The position numbers and the translations under genes are program-made. From the NCBI GenBank assembly GCA_027317865.1, contig DAHVQG010000005.1:96001-160000 (forward strand): a stretch of DNA of 64,000 bases, read 5' to 3'. Position 1 is the first letter of the stretch. Every line of letters starts with the position of its first letter. The notes below the pieces were generated by a model. That model worked only from the letters and a program-made list of their open reading frames with translations. It was not told the origin of the DNA and made no database searches. Origin of the DNA: Bdellovibrionales bacterium. GTDB taxonomy: Bacteria; Bdellovibrionota; Bdellovibrionia; Bdellovibrionales; UBA1609. Positions 10,901 through 20,493 of the stretch are shown piece by piece.

Positions 10901-10984
10901 TCGACATTTCTGACTCTTTTTGTGCTGCCGATAGGTTACGAGCTACTCTTTCATTCGCGGAACAAGTCTCCGGTCGCGGATTAA
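7901..10984 (+). CDS. RND efflux permease, CusA/CzcA (heavy-metal) type
   Basis: 1027 aa; TM4 GMVIDDAIVVIEN, FLPLLDEGS, RNGIVLV, RLRPILMT; TTG start directly after the upstream TAA. Confidence 0.92.
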   Translation: MNQKPGFWDKILRFSINNTRILVVLSILWSALAIWIFTTLPLGLLPSLNFPALSVVVENQGLTAQELEKQVALPVESAMSGIYNVKRIRSTSVSNVAMVRVQLKWGADINLAREQVQQKLASLRGSLPQGSKISVETLSTTLGEVESFSLTGGKSLEALYDFAKYHLRPALLQQNGVFQVLIFGGLAPEYAVFLDPEKLEKYDLTIGDIRSAIAKNNVATVGGVLDLGTQSFGILPRTRMTNVKSIKDTIVAVYNDMPIRIRDIAQVRKSHLAYRGGAIQGDTPGVVIQIVRQPSANVVAVTHAIDEFFKHYKLPVGVKITKFYDQSEVVYAAVRGVEEAVVLGALLVALILLVFLKSPRASLVAFTSIPTSLLSSIVFMRYLHMSLNVMSLSALALATGMVIDDAIVVIENFFRHRELSPHDSISEVFRRAAGEVAGPVFSSTITTVAIFVPLIFLTGLAGRLFSPVGVIVSIVMSASLVFAFTLIPSVGPHLIKGHPPKPHVSGLTELYSKILHWALKRGWQIALVVFILCSGSLWVLTRLNRRFLPLLDEGSILMNVDGPPSNSLHETMRTVELLIHHVLYAHDIRTIVATIGHAPGAQDTDTMSHSDVVARLVPPHDRTKTIQQLFKIFRKRAKNFPGVSVEFTMPLRDKINDAIGGVPAAIGVKIFGNSLKTLEHLANEVAAKMVHIPGVQDLQPSSMVPVPSLQIALREKQADELGVTRADLNDAVQAMSYGVEATKVQKLYSEVPLMLRFEGTDDHIPTLHLNELKNVPIQTADGRYVPLSQVARLKFVDVPSRIEHEHAMRYVTVSCNVSGASTQSVVAKIKQMLAQLHLPNGYYYRLGGSYAAQSEATSGVSSVFFVAIFLVAVILWMEFQSIKETLLVLLTIPLSTIGASLALWMFHQTLNISSLIGLVMLVGLVLRNGIVLVDYIHKEVFEKGAPLHFAIVQGAKIRLRPILMTALSETLGLLPLALGIGSGSALEKPLAIAVIGGLVTSTFLTLFVLPIGYELLFHSRNKSPVAD

Positions 10985-11934
10985 TTGAGGCCACGCCACA
11001 TATCAAGAAATAATTCTTCAGTGTAAGCCGGAAGACCCGCGCCAATTCCAGTTGAGGTATTGAGAACAGGGTTATCGCCGAGCAGCACACCTTCGCCGGT
11101 GAAATTCAAACTCCCGACGTGAAAGCCGAGGTTAAGAATTTTGTTTTTTACGCCAAGAGCGAAATCGGAAACGAGCAACGTTTCGTGTGCCCCAAGAGGA
11201 TAGAAAAATGTGATCATCGAGCCGAATTCGCCGATTTCGTTGATGTTCACAATACCCTGAGTATTGATTGCATAAGGAGTTCGCCCCGTCACATCCAGAC
11301 GACGAATGATTTGTTGAATTTTAGGGTTAGTGAGAATTTGATCTTTTGAAATATAGCCAAATACGCTTGTCATGATCAGTTGATCGCTCGATTTAGAACT
11401 TAAAATTTTTGCTAATTTACCTATTCGAATAAGTCGTGCCCATGCATTTGGAAACCGCACGACCGTTTGAACGACAAACGGGGGTTTAACGCCATTGGGG
11501 TCTTTTAGTTGTACTTGTTCGTGTAGGTCATTGGGATCTAGTTTTTGGATGGTCGCCATACTGTGCAGATAGTTCTTTGTAAATAGCGAGATTGGCTGTT
11601 GCAAAATTGCGGCAAAACTCGCCTGAAAAACGCTCATCGGGAGATGACCATCAGCTATTGGCATGAGAAGCGGGCCCGACGACGGACGCGTAATCCAATT
11701 CTTCCATGAAAAAAGCTGCCAACCGTACCATGGCGTGGATGCCGAAGGCAGTTTGTGGCGCAAGTTAAAATCAAGCGGCATAATTTTAACAGGTGAGCCA
11801 TTCACGACGGAGTTTTTGGCATTTGCATTCGCATTTGTAAATACGCCTGATCCGATTATTAAAATTAAAAGTACAATGAATCTGCGAGGCATAAAAAAAG
11901 ACCTCCTATAGAGATGACCGTTCTGGTTTTTCAA
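10981..11934 (-). CDS. Hypothetical exported protein downstream of PBP1A
   Basis: 317-aa ORF with signal-peptide-like stretch ending ANANA; overlaps the PBP1A 3' end. Confidence 0.7.
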   Translation of the reverse strand: MKNQNGHLYRRSFFMPRRFIVLLILIIGSGVFTNANANAKNSVVNGSPVKIMPLDFNLRHKLPSASTPWYGWQLFSWKNWITRPSSGPLLMPIADGHLPMSVFQASFAAILQQPISLFTKNYLHSMATIQKLDPNDLHEQVQLKDPNGVKPPFVVQTVVRFPNAWARLIRIGKLAKILSSKSSDQLIMTSVFGYISKDQILTNPKIQQIIRRLDVTGRTPYAINTQGIVNINEIGEFGSMITFFYPLGAHETLLVSDFALGVKNKILNLGFHVGSLNFTGEGVLLGDNPVLNTSTGIGAGLPAYTEELFLDMWRGLN

Positions 11935-14569
11935 TTACGCGACTTGACCGATAAGCTTCAACGATTGTGTCGTTATCCATCTTTGATTCAATCTGGCCGT
12001 TATGACGATCGGTGATGAAAAAGGTAACTCCCGGCGGTGGTGGCGGAAACGGTTCGGCTGGAGCGTATACTTTGTAGCTTTGTCGAAATATTTGGGCGAC
12101 GATTGGCGCCGCAACGGTGCCTCCGACCGCATTCTCCCCCATTGAGCGGGGCATATCATAACCCACGTAAGCGCCCACAACAATTTTTGGTGTAAAACCG
12201 ACAAACCAAGTAGAGCGCGAGTCTTCGGTTGTTCCGGTCTTACCCGCGACGTCGGGGGCAAGGTTACTCATGGCCAAAGCCGCCGTGCCGCGAGCCACAA
12301 CCCCTTGCATAAGATAGCGCATTTGAAACAAGGTAATGGGATCAACGCCGGTAATCGGTGTGCGTTGCAAAATGACGCCCTTTCGCGCTGAAATAGAGGG
12401 CGCAATAAACTGAATTTGCGGCAAATAGCCCGTGTCGATCCCCGCATAAGCGCGGCAAATAGAAAGTAAGTTTACGTTCTGATCGCCTAAAATAAACGGA
12501 TAATTTGTATCGGGATGCCTGTACAAACCGAATTCTTTAGTGAGTGCACGAATTGGATTGAGGCCGATGTAACTCATTAAATCGGCAGTCATAGTATTTC
12601 GTGATTGTTCAAACGCCCAGCGCATCGGGCGCGAGCCAACATAATTGTCTTCGTCGTTTTTAGGCTTCCACCGGTGGCCGCCTTTTGCCGTAGCCGGAAA
12701 AACAAAGGGGCCGTCGTTTAAAAGAAAATTAGGTTGAAAACCCGCCTGCAATGCCGCCATGTAAGTAAAAGGTTTCATTAAAGAGCCGGGTTGGCGTTCC
12801 GATAGAGTTCGATTCCAAGCGCTTAGTTGATAACTAAAACCGCCCACCATTGCGAGAATCGCCCCAGTTTTAGCATTTAAAATAATTACGCCGCCGTTAA
12901 CTTTTGGAGGCTGTACAATTTGCCAGCGGTTCGAGTCTTTTATTCGGGTCACATATACGAGATCGCCGAATTCCAAAGGGCGCGCCCAAATGCGGCTTTG
13001 GCGATTGAGGGTTACAATTGAGCCGTTGGCTAGACCGATGTGAAGCATGGGATGATTGAGTACAAGGCCAACTCGCCACGATGAAAGCGGTGGTGGGAAC
13101 TTCACTATCGCGTTTCGCAAAGATTGAAGCCAGTACGGCGTCGAGGTGTCATCGGTGGCGGGTTTCGCCATGGCATTTTGCCTGGACAGGCTCGCTTGCG
13201 TTGCCAAACTTGAACTATTTAGAAGGCTTTCATTCCACAAGCTTTGGGTGCTCTTTTCTTGCGTTAATTTTTGTAATTCTTGAGATTTGTTAAAAGCGAG
13301 GTTGGCGCGTGCCAATTTTACTGAAAGGTTGGTAAGGGGGCCGCGCCAATAATCTCGATGCGCGGATTTTTCATAGGCTTCAAGACCGCTTCTGAGCGCC
13401 TTTTGTGCAATCGATTGCAGTTGATCGTTGAGAGTTGTGCGAATAGGCGCACCGCGAGCGGCGATTCGTTTGAACTCGGCAGGTCCGATTGATCGAATGA
13501 CAAAGTCGCGAAAATAACCAGCGTGATCAAAATCAGGCGGCGCGAAACGGAGATCCTTTTTAACATCAAGCTGAATAGGTTGGGCGATGATCTTAGCTTG
13601 ATACATGCGATCTAACACGAATTGCACCCGGCGCTGGGTTCGTTGACTCGGATACTGATAGAGATTTGGACCCTTGATGATACCGATAAGGTACGCGATT
13701 TCAACAGGAGTGAGATTTTTTACTGACTTGTTAAAATAAGTTTCAGCCGCTTTTTCGATGCCCCAAGAGTCTCGGCCGAAATAAATTAAATTTAAATAGA
13801 GTTGTAGAATTTGATTTTTCGTCAGCTGATGTTCGATTTCACCGGCCAAAAGCATTTCTTCTAACTTTCGGCGGTAGGAGACTTTGTCGTTTAAAAAAAG
13901 ATTTCGCGCCAGTTGTTGCGTTATCGTCGAAGCTCCTTCGAGCCCGTGAGAGGCGTAGCCGGTAAGTAAGGCCCGCACAATCCCGATCTGATCGACACCG
14001 TGATGCTGGTAAAACCTTCGATCTTCTACGGCAACTAATGTTTCGGGGATGGCCGGCGGCATTTGAGAAAGTAGCAGCGAGTCCCGTCGACCCCCGGGCT
14101 TGAAAATGTCTCCGATAACACCTCCGCTAGAAGATAATATATCTACGGCCTGCGGCAGCACCAGGTTGTGCAGATTCCCGATGGGGGGCAAGTTTTCGAC
14201 GACGTTAGTGTAAATGCCCTCTGCACTTTGAATATCTGAGCGGAACGAATTGAGCGCGGTAGGATCGGGATTCGGCCGGCAAAGTTTTTTATAAAGGTCG
14301 ATTAAAAACAGGGGATCGATTTTTTGAAAATTCTTGGAGCTTGATTGCGGCGAAGATGAAACCTTGGTTTGAATTCGGGACCAATTAAAATTTGCGAGAA
14401 TGCCTGCTAGGTTTAAGCTTTTAAGCTGCGGCTGATTGAGTAGCGATAGACACGCGCGACTGTAATCTTTTGCAATTGTTGAAAGGGGCTCCGTTTGGTA
14501 GTCGCGCGGCTTTGGCAGCAAAGGATTAAAGCCGGACAGCGCCAGCATTATTGCAAAAAACCAGGTCAC
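11906..14569 (-). CDS. Class A penicillin-binding protein (PBP1A family) with N-terminal extension
   Basis: Transglycosylase EDRRFYQHHGVD and GASTITQQLARN; transpeptidase SLMK, SRN, KTG. Confidence 0.93.
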   Translation of the reverse strand: MTWFFAIMLALSGFNPLLPKPRDYQTEPLSTIAKDYSRACLSLLNQPQLKSLNLAGILANFNWSRIQTKVSSSPQSSSKNFQKIDPLFLIDLYKKLCRPNPDPTALNSFRSDIQSAEGIYTNVVENLPPIGNLHNLVLPQAVDILSSSGGVIGDIFKPGGRRDSLLLSQMPPAIPETLVAVEDRRFYQHHGVDQIGIVRALLTGYASHGLEGASTITQQLARNLFLNDKVSYRRKLEEMLLAGEIEHQLTKNQILQLYLNLIYFGRDSWGIEKAAETYFNKSVKNLTPVEIAYLIGIIKGPNLYQYPSQRTQRRVQFVLDRMYQAKIIAQPIQLDVKKDLRFAPPDFDHAGYFRDFVIRSIGPAEFKRIAARGAPIRTTLNDQLQSIAQKALRSGLEAYEKSAHRDYWRGPLTNLSVKLARANLAFNKSQELQKLTQEKSTQSLWNESLLNSSSLATQASLSRQNAMAKPATDDTSTPYWLQSLRNAIVKFPPPLSSWRVGLVLNHPMLHIGLANGSIVTLNRQSRIWARPLEFGDLVYVTRIKDSNRWQIVQPPKVNGGVIILNAKTGAILAMVGGFSYQLSAWNRTLSERQPGSLMKPFTYMAALQAGFQPNFLLNDGPFVFPATAKGGHRWKPKNDEDNYVGSRPMRWAFEQSRNTMTADLMSYIGLNPIRALTKEFGLYRHPDTNYPFILGDQNVNLLSICRAYAGIDTGYLPQIQFIAPSISARKGVILQRTPITGVDPITLFQMRYLMQGVVARGTAALAMSNLAPDVAGKTGTTEDSRSTWFVGFTPKIVVGAYVGYDMPRSMGENAVGGTVAAPIVAQIFRQSYKVYAPAEPFPPPPPGVTFFITDRHNGQIESKMDNDTIVEAYRSSRVIEKPERSSL

Positions 14570-14726
14570 AATGGCGAACTGTTTAACAGTGGCATCTCAC
14601 GTCCGTCCATCAACACGCGCTAGGATCAAGGGTTCTTTACGGGGGTTTCTCCGCGAAAAGTAAACGGGACGTACATTACTTCCGCCGTTTGAGGGTAAAT
14701 TAACGGTGCTTTATGGATAGTAGGCT

Positions 14727-14743
14727 TTGGCATGCGGGTTGCT
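14727..14743 (+). promoter_or_regulatory. Putative sigma54 -24/-12 promoter
   Basis: TTGGCATGCGGGTTGCT: GG-N10-GC, near-consensus, intergenic. Confidence 0.6.
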
Positions 14744-15122
14744 ATGACTAATGAATGTTGTGTCTGCTGTTGCGATGTTAATTGTTTTCTGGTCGGTTGA
14801 TTGTGAAAGCGTGACTTGCGCTCAGTTTGCGCGAAACGCTCGTACCCGGTTAACGGCCTGAGAAAAAAATGAAATTACAACAGCAGGCACTCTATGTGGG
14901 TAGCCGGTTGTTTCAGTGAATAAACGAAAAATTTTGATAAATGATAAATAGTGAACAAATCAACATAAGAACAAGTACAAACGTGTGCCGTCGCATTTAT
15001 ACCCCCGAGCAAACGTTCAAGGTTAAAATTTTTATCGGTCAAAATCGGCCTCGACTTTAGGGCCGATCCGCAAAAATATTCATGGTTGTGGCCGGTGTCG
15101 CAATTTGATATATACTTCCGCA

Positions 15123-15531
15123 CAGCTCACTTAAGGTCATCGCGAGTGGCGTACTAAAATGCGCCATTCGAGGAAAGTCCGGACTCCACAGGGCAGCACA
15201 AGGGATAACGTCCCTCCGTCGTGAGGCGAGGAACAGTGGAACAGAGAGAATGTCCAGAGCTTTGATCCGATTAGCGGGAATGGGAGCTTTTCGGGGAGTT
15301 GCTGGAGTGAAAACAGCCAAACTCTGTGCGGAGCAAGATCAAATAGGAGAGCATGAGGCTCGCCGCATTTTATGCGACGAGCTTCGGGCGCGGCCCGCGC
15401 GCGGCTCTCGGGTAGATCGCTGGAGGGTGTGAGTAATCACACTCCTAGAGGAATGACGGCCATGGCCGCGTGTCTCACTTTAAAACATGAGATATCGCGC
15501 CATACAGAATCCGGCTTACGCAAGTGAACTG
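15123..15531 (+). ncRNA. rnpB: RNase P RNA, bacterial class A
   Basis: GAGGAAAGTCCGGACTCC near the 5' end, ACAGAATCCGGCTTA near the 3' end, P1 pairing CAGCTCACTT/AAGTGAACTG; TATACT -10 at 15111-15116. Confidence 0.97.
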
Positions 15532-15536
15532 ACTGT

Positions 15537-15575
15537 GGGGCCGACTCTTTAATCGAGGGTCGGCCTCATTTTTTT
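15537..15575 (+). terminator. Rho-independent terminator of rnpB
   Basis: GGGGCCGACTCT-loop-AGGGTCGGCCTC hairpin followed by a T run. Confidence 0.85.
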
Positions 15576-16429
15576 GACGGCGACTTTATGACAGTCGTGG
15601 CCGTATCTAAAATTTGGCGGCAAGTCTGCCGCAGACTATAGTTATTGCGGATAGCCCGAGTATTTTTACGAATGAAAACACGAAGTACCTTTTCGATTTG
15701 GCGCAGGTATTTGCCGCCATCTCCGTAGCTTGCAACTGCGGACGCACGAAGCAATTTCTTTTCAATTGACCTAATTTTTTGCGGCGAATAGCTATTGTTG
15801 TACATATCATCGGGAATTAAAACTCCGTAAGTAAATACGCGCCCGAAATTCTTTAATATAGCCATGCTTTTCTCTGAAGCGGCATTTTGTGCGTCAACGT
15901 ATTCTATCCTGGCTTGATTGAAAAATCGCTGAGTCGTCCGGGCTAACGCCTGATTGAGATGTAATACATTTTGGGGGCCATCGAGCGCTCCCCAATATGG
16001 GCTTTTTAAGCGGGCTTGCAGTTTCACTAAAAAAAGAACAGCGCTAAGATTTCGCTGTAGGGGTTCTAATCTGTAATAAACCGGCATGGTTTCGGATAGT
16101 TGATTTTTTCTAACGAATTCACTAACGTTCCAATTGTATTCCAGTTGGGTTGCTAGCCAGTCTGCTAGAGTTAAACGGTAAGAAAGATTCCCCGGTGTAA
16201 TTTCAACTATAAAATCACGCGTTGTTATAGCAAAACGCGGGGTCAAATCGGCGCGTTGTCGGGCAATCCCCCCTTCGCGAGCTTGCAAGGCGCGCTCAGT
16301 GGTTTGGGCGACATCTGTGATAATTTGTTGCACATATTCGCGCTTAGAAATTTTTTGCTTTGAATTTGAAGCAAAACAAGGCGGTGAGAAAATTAATAAT
16401 AATACAAAGGACAAAATCGGGGGGCGCAT
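15566..16429 (-). CDS. Hypothetical secreted protein
   Basis: Likely start MRPPILSFVLLLIFSPPCFA (signal peptide, GGAG upstream); ORF track starts at 16540. Confidence 0.65.
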   Translation of the reverse strand: MRPPILSFVLLLIFSPPCFASNSKQKISKREYVQQIITDVAQTTERALQAREGGIARQRADLTPRFAITTRDFIVEITPGNLSYRLTLADWLATQLEYNWNVSEFVRKNQLSETMPVYYRLEPLQRNLSAVLFLVKLQARLKSPYWGALDGPQNVLHLNQALARTTQRFFNQARIEYVDAQNAASEKSMAILKNFGRVFTYGVLIPDDMYNNSYSPQKIRSIEKKLLRASAVASYGDGGKYLRQIEKVLRVFIRKNTRAIRNNYSLRQTCRQILDTATTVIKSPSKK

Positions 16430-16572
16430 CACTTTTATCTCCGAACTCGCACATTGTGCTTCGCTGGCCATTTTAATGGAACTGCAATTCGGGCGCGAGA
16501 TGTTGTGAAATGATTTCTCGAATGTCGACGGTTTGGTCAAATTTAAATTATTAAACCGTCAGATTTGAGACA

Positions 16573-17517
16573 TTATGCCTTTTTTCGAGCGTAAACGACA
16601 AGCTCTGTTCCCAATTGTTGGGGTAGGGAATGTTGCCACCGGGTCCAGTATAGAAATTCAAATTTGGTCTTTAATAGTTCGCGAATTTCCCACTCGGTAG
16701 CGCCAAACGGCGCACAGTAAGCACGATCCATAACATTGAATATGGCAAGCAGATGGCCATCAGCCAAAAGAAGCCGCGACCACGCGTCAACGGCCTCCAA
16801 GCGCTTTGCCGGTGTAATGGAGCAAAGTAGGGTGTGCTCAAAAACAAGGTCGAATTCACCGCGATGTATTCTTGCAAAATCAAGCGCCTCGCGCGTGTCG
16901 ACATCTGTGACAACATGACCTTGCTGGGCAAAATGCGCGGCCCCTGAACCAGATGGGCTATCGAGCACGCAGATTCGTGAAACGGGCAATTTAATTTGTG
17001 GCAATATTGAACTAAGTAACGACTCGACCGGCGGATTCGATTCGTTGGGAGTAATAATTTTGCTTGCTGCGCCAGCCTCGATAGGCGTATTCGGCTCAAG
17101 CGGCTCAATTAAAAATCGCCGGCCATGAAAACTAAGCGATTCGTCGTCATATTCGTCAGCCAGATCAAAAAGATCCATTTGGGCCGAGCGAGAAAAAATG
17201 ACTGGCAGATTGGTATTTGTGCGCGCGTGAAATCGATCCCACAGATCAACGCGAAATGAATCAAGTGAAAGTTCGGATGTTAAACCGTAAGGCAAAAGAG
17301 CCCGTACAATTCCGGTTTTCGAAACACTCTCGATGTGGCGGGCCACAAGGGGTTCGTCAAATGCTTCGACTAAAATCTTGAGCGTATTGTCGTAGACGTA
17401 AAACACGCGCTTTTCGCAGGTCAGTGTTGAGAGAAGCTTTCGGCCGTAATTTTCATCAGTTAAGCGCACGCCCGACGAAGAAAAATAGCCCTCTTCGTCG
17501 ATTTGAATAAATCTCAT
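16573..17517 (-). CDS. Class I SAM-dependent methyltransferase-like protein (TPMT-like C-domain)
   Basis: AAHFAQQGHVVT.VD, FDLVFEHTLLCSI.P, PFG.TEWE motifs; extra N-terminal domain. Confidence 0.7.
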   Translation of the reverse strand: MRFIQIDEEGYFSSSGVRLTDENYGRKLLSTLTCEKRVFYVYDNTLKILVEAFDEPLVARHIESVSKTGIVRALLPYGLTSELSLDSFRVDLWDRFHARTNTNLPVIFSRSAQMDLFDLADEYDDESLSFHGRRFLIEPLEPNTPIEAGAASKIITPNESNPPVESLLSSILPQIKLPVSRICVLDSPSGSGAAHFAQQGHVVTDVDTREALDFARIHRGEFDLVFEHTLLCSITPAKRLEAVDAWSRLLLADGHLLAIFNVMDRAYCAPFGATEWEIRELLKTKFEFLYWTRWQHSLPQQLGTELVVYARKKA

Positions 17518-17951
17518 TTAGTTGGAGCTGCTCCTGGTTTTACGAGCGTACCGTTCAAAAACATATAGCGATCGTTTGTCACGTTGAGTTTATCAAGGCT
17601 CCAAACGTCGGCATTAGTGGCCGTGCCGGTCGCTGCTGAGTTGGCTTTGTGATCTAAGATCGCGTAACCGTTGATACCGATTCGGACAACTTGATTATTC
17701 ACTCCCGCATCGTCGAAGGTATACGAAAACGAGGCGCGTATAGTGTGCCGGTTTAAAGTTTTAGTCCAAAATTGATCAAAGTGGATATTTTTAGCAGTCG
17801 GCAAATGCGTCGTAATGTAATTATTGATGACTTGTTTGAGCTCGGTCTGAATCCGTTCGTGCTCCGCTTGCGAAATCACCGCGGGGGAGTGTACAACGGC
17901 CCACGTCCACCACATGACAAATACAATCAAAATCAAGCTTAAATATCGCAT
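17514..17951 (-). CDS. Hypothetical membrane-anchored protein
   Basis: 145 aa, single N-terminal TM, 4-bp overlap with the next gene. Confidence 0.7.
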   Translation of the reverse strand: MRYLSLILIVFVMWWTWAVVHSPAVISQAEHERIQTELKQVINNYITTHLPTAKNIHFDQFWTKTLNRHTIRASFSYTFDDAGVNNQVVRIGINGYAILDHKANSAATGTATNADVWSLDKLNVTNDRYMFLNGTLVKPGAAPTK

Positions 17952-18079
17952 CGGTCTACCTTTAAAGGAACTTCCCTGTAAGTCATTTTGACGGTGTTAA
18001 AACTGCCTGCTACGATTTTAGGCGCGAAACGAACATTCATCAAGCCCATTGAAGAGCGGCTGTCGGAGGAGCCTATAAA

Positions 18080-19663
18080 GTGAATAAAAATCACGAGGAC
18101 AACCGAAAGGTGATGATGGCGATGGTTGAAGAGCTTCGCCAAAAGATCCGCCACGCCGAAATGGGCGGCGGTGAAGAGGCGCGCAAGAGACATCTTTCTC
18201 GCGGCAAATTTTTAGTCCGTGAGCGCATTCAAAAACTTATTGATTCGGGCACCGAATTTCTTGAATTTTCGGCTTTAGCCGCTGACGGGATGTATGACGA
18301 GCAGGCGCCTGGTGCAGGGATTGTGACCGGAATTGGTGTCATTCAAGGGCATGAGTGCGTGATTGTCGCAAACGATGCGACTGTTAAGGGTGGCACCTAT
18401 TTTCCGTTGACGGTAAAAAAGCATTTACGCGCTCAAGAAATCGCGTTTGAAAACGGACTTGCTTGTTTTTATTTGGTCGACAGTGGCGGAGCGTATCTGC
18501 CTCTTCAGGCTGAGGTGTTCCCCGATCGCGACCATTTCGGCCGGATTTTTTATAATCAAGCGCGGTTATCGGCCGCAGGCATTCCCCAAATCGCAATCGT
18601 GCTCGGTTCATGTACGGCAGGTGGCGCGTACGTGCCGGCCATGAGCGATGAAAATGTGATAGTGAAAGGCAACGGAACTATTTTTTTAGGCGGCCCACCG
18701 CTTGTTAAAGCCGCAACTGGCGAAGAAGTAACAGCTGAAGAATTAGGCGGGGCAGACGTTCACACGCAAAAAAGTGGGCTCGTTGATCACTTTGCTGAAG
18801 ACGAAGTTGAAGCTTTAGAGATTGCTCGAGACATTGCCGGGCAATTGAATCGCCCTAAAAAATCGTTACCCCTCGAGCTTAAAGAAATTCGCGCGCCACT
18901 TTACCCTCCCGAAGACATTTATGCAGTGGTGCCGAGCGACCCGCGCGTGTCTTATGATGTTCGCGACGTCATAGAACGAATTGTTGATGGCAGTGAATTT
19001 CATGAATTCAAAGCCCGTTATGGTACAACCATCGTGTGCGCATTTGCGCGAATTTGGGGGTATCCGGTCGGTATAGTTGCTAACAACGGTGTGCTCTTCA
19101 GCGAATCGGCGCTAAAGGCAGCGCATTTCATTGAACTTTGCGATCAGCGCGAAGTGCCGATCGTATTTTTACAAAATATTACTGGGTTCATGGTGGGCAA
19201 AAAATATGAAAATGAGGGTATTGCCCGTCACGGTGCTAAGATGGTGATGGCGGTTTCAAATACGCGGGTGCCGAAATTTACAGTTGTAATTGGCGGTTCG
19301 TACGGGGCTGGCAACTACGGTATGTGCGGACGCGCCTATCAACCGCGTCAACTTTGGATGTGGCCCAATGCGCGTATTTCAGTAATGGGTGGTGAGCAAG
19401 CGGCTAATGTTTTGCTGACAGTAAAAATGGATCAAAACGCTGCGGCCACACGAAAAGCAATGAGCGAGAAAGAACAATCGGAATTTAAACGTCCCATTCT
19501 TGAAAAGTATGAAATTGAAAGCTCGGCGTACTATTCTACGGCTCATCTGTGGGATGACGGAATCATTGACCCGGCGGATACGCGTAAAGTTTTAGCTCGC
19601 GGCATCAGTGCCAGCTTAAATCGCCAATGGGGAGACCAAACAAAAGGTGTTTTTCGAATGTGA
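18080..19663 (+). CDS. liuB: 3-methylcrotonyl-CoA carboxylase beta (carboxyltransferase) subunit
   Basis: [42 protein letters not shown]-terminal GVFRM; GGAGGA RBS. Confidence 0.95.
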   Translation: MNKNHEDNRKVMMAMVEELRQKIRHAEMGGGEEARKRHLSRGKFLVRERIQKLIDSGTEFLEFSALAADGMYDEQAPGAGIVTGIGVIQGHECVIVANDATVKGGTYFPLTVKKHLRAQEIAFENGLACFYLVDSGGAYLPLQAEVFPDRDHFGRIFYNQARLSAAGIPQIAIVLGSCTAGGAYVPAMSDENVIVKGNGTIFLGGPPLVKAATGEEVTAEELGGADVHTQKSGLVDHFAEDEVEALEIARDIAGQLNRPKKSLPLELKEIRAPLYPPEDIYAVVPSDPRVSYDVRDVIERIVDGSEFHEFKARYGTTIVCAFARIWGYPVGIVANNGVLFSESALKAAHFIELCDQREVPIVFLQNITGFMVGKKYENEGIARHGAKMVMAVSNTRVPKFTVVIGGSYGAGNYGMCGRAYQPRQLWMWPNARISVMGGEQAANVLLTVKMDQNAAATRKAMSEKEQSEFKRPILEKYEIESSAYYSTAHLWDDGIIDPADTRKVLARGISASLNRQWGDQTKGVFRM

Positions 19664-19716
19664 GGCGCGGTCCTTATAGTGATGTACGATGACGCGACTG
19701 CGTGTGCGGAGGGTTT

Positions 19717-20493
19717 ATGGCTGAGATTATAGTAACAAGTGAAAACAATGTGATGACGATTAAACTGAATCGTCCGGAACGTCATAACGCCATGACTCCG
19801 CTGATGATTCGAGAACTCACAGATGCTTTTAGGCAGGCGGGGAATGGTCTTAAGTGTCGCGCGGTTATTTTAAAAGGCGCTGGCCCAAGTTTTTGTTCCG
19901 GCGGCGATCTCGAGTGGATGCGCTCCACAGTAAAATATAAATACGAAGAAAACATGAAAGATGCCGAAAATCTATATGAAATGTACGCGGCTGCGGCAGA
20001 CTGTCCAATACCGGTTCTGGGTTATATTGAGGGTCACGCTTACGGCGGGGGCCTGGGCCTTGCGGCGATTTGCGACGTCGCAATTGCTGAAGAAAGCTCA
20101 ATGTTCTGTTTTAGTGAAGCGCGGCTCGGGCTTGTTCCCGCGGTCATTAGTTCGTTTGTCACAAGAAAAATGCGGCCCAACAAAGTGCGTGAATTTATGC
20201 TTACTGCAAAACCGTTTGATGCGGCCGCGGCTTTAAATGCGGGACTCATTGAATACATGGGCCGCGAATTAGAAGCGACGGAATATCTTGAAACAACCAT
20301 TAAGTGTTTGTGCGATTGTGGGCCTATGGCGTTGCGAGAAACAAAGCGGTTGCTTGGCTTTTTGCGTGAACATGATAACAAATCAAACCGTGATGAATCG
20401 ATTCGAGTAATCGCCGAAAGGCGTGTTAGTACCGAGGGCCAAGAGGGCCTTACCGGTTTTTTGGAGAAGCGAAAGCCAGCATGGGTAAAATAA
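19717..20493 (+). CDS. liuC: Methylglutaconyl-CoA hydratase (crotonase family)
   Basis: LNRPERHNA, FCSGGDL, GGGLGL, SEARLGLVPAVIS; operon context. Confidence 0.88.
   Translation: MAEIIVTSENNVMTIKLNRPERHNAMTPLMIRELTDAFRQAGNGLKCRAVILKGAGPSFCSGGDLEWMRSTVKYKYEENMKDAENLYEMYAAAADCPIPVLGYIEGHAYGGGLGLAAICDVAIAEESSMFCFSEARLGLVPAVISSFVTRKMRPNKVREFMLTAKPFDAAAALNAGLIEYMGRELEATEYLETTIKCLCDCGPMALRETKRLLGFLREHDNKSNRDESIRVIAERRVSTEGQEGLTGFLEKRKPAWVK

Noticed and set aside
1-10984. Efflux region as a mobile island
   Set aside because: No integrase, transposase, att site or obvious compositional break is visible within the window
14875-15432. Small ORFs around 14.9-15.4 kb
   Set aside because: Overlap rnpB or its promoter and show no coding features
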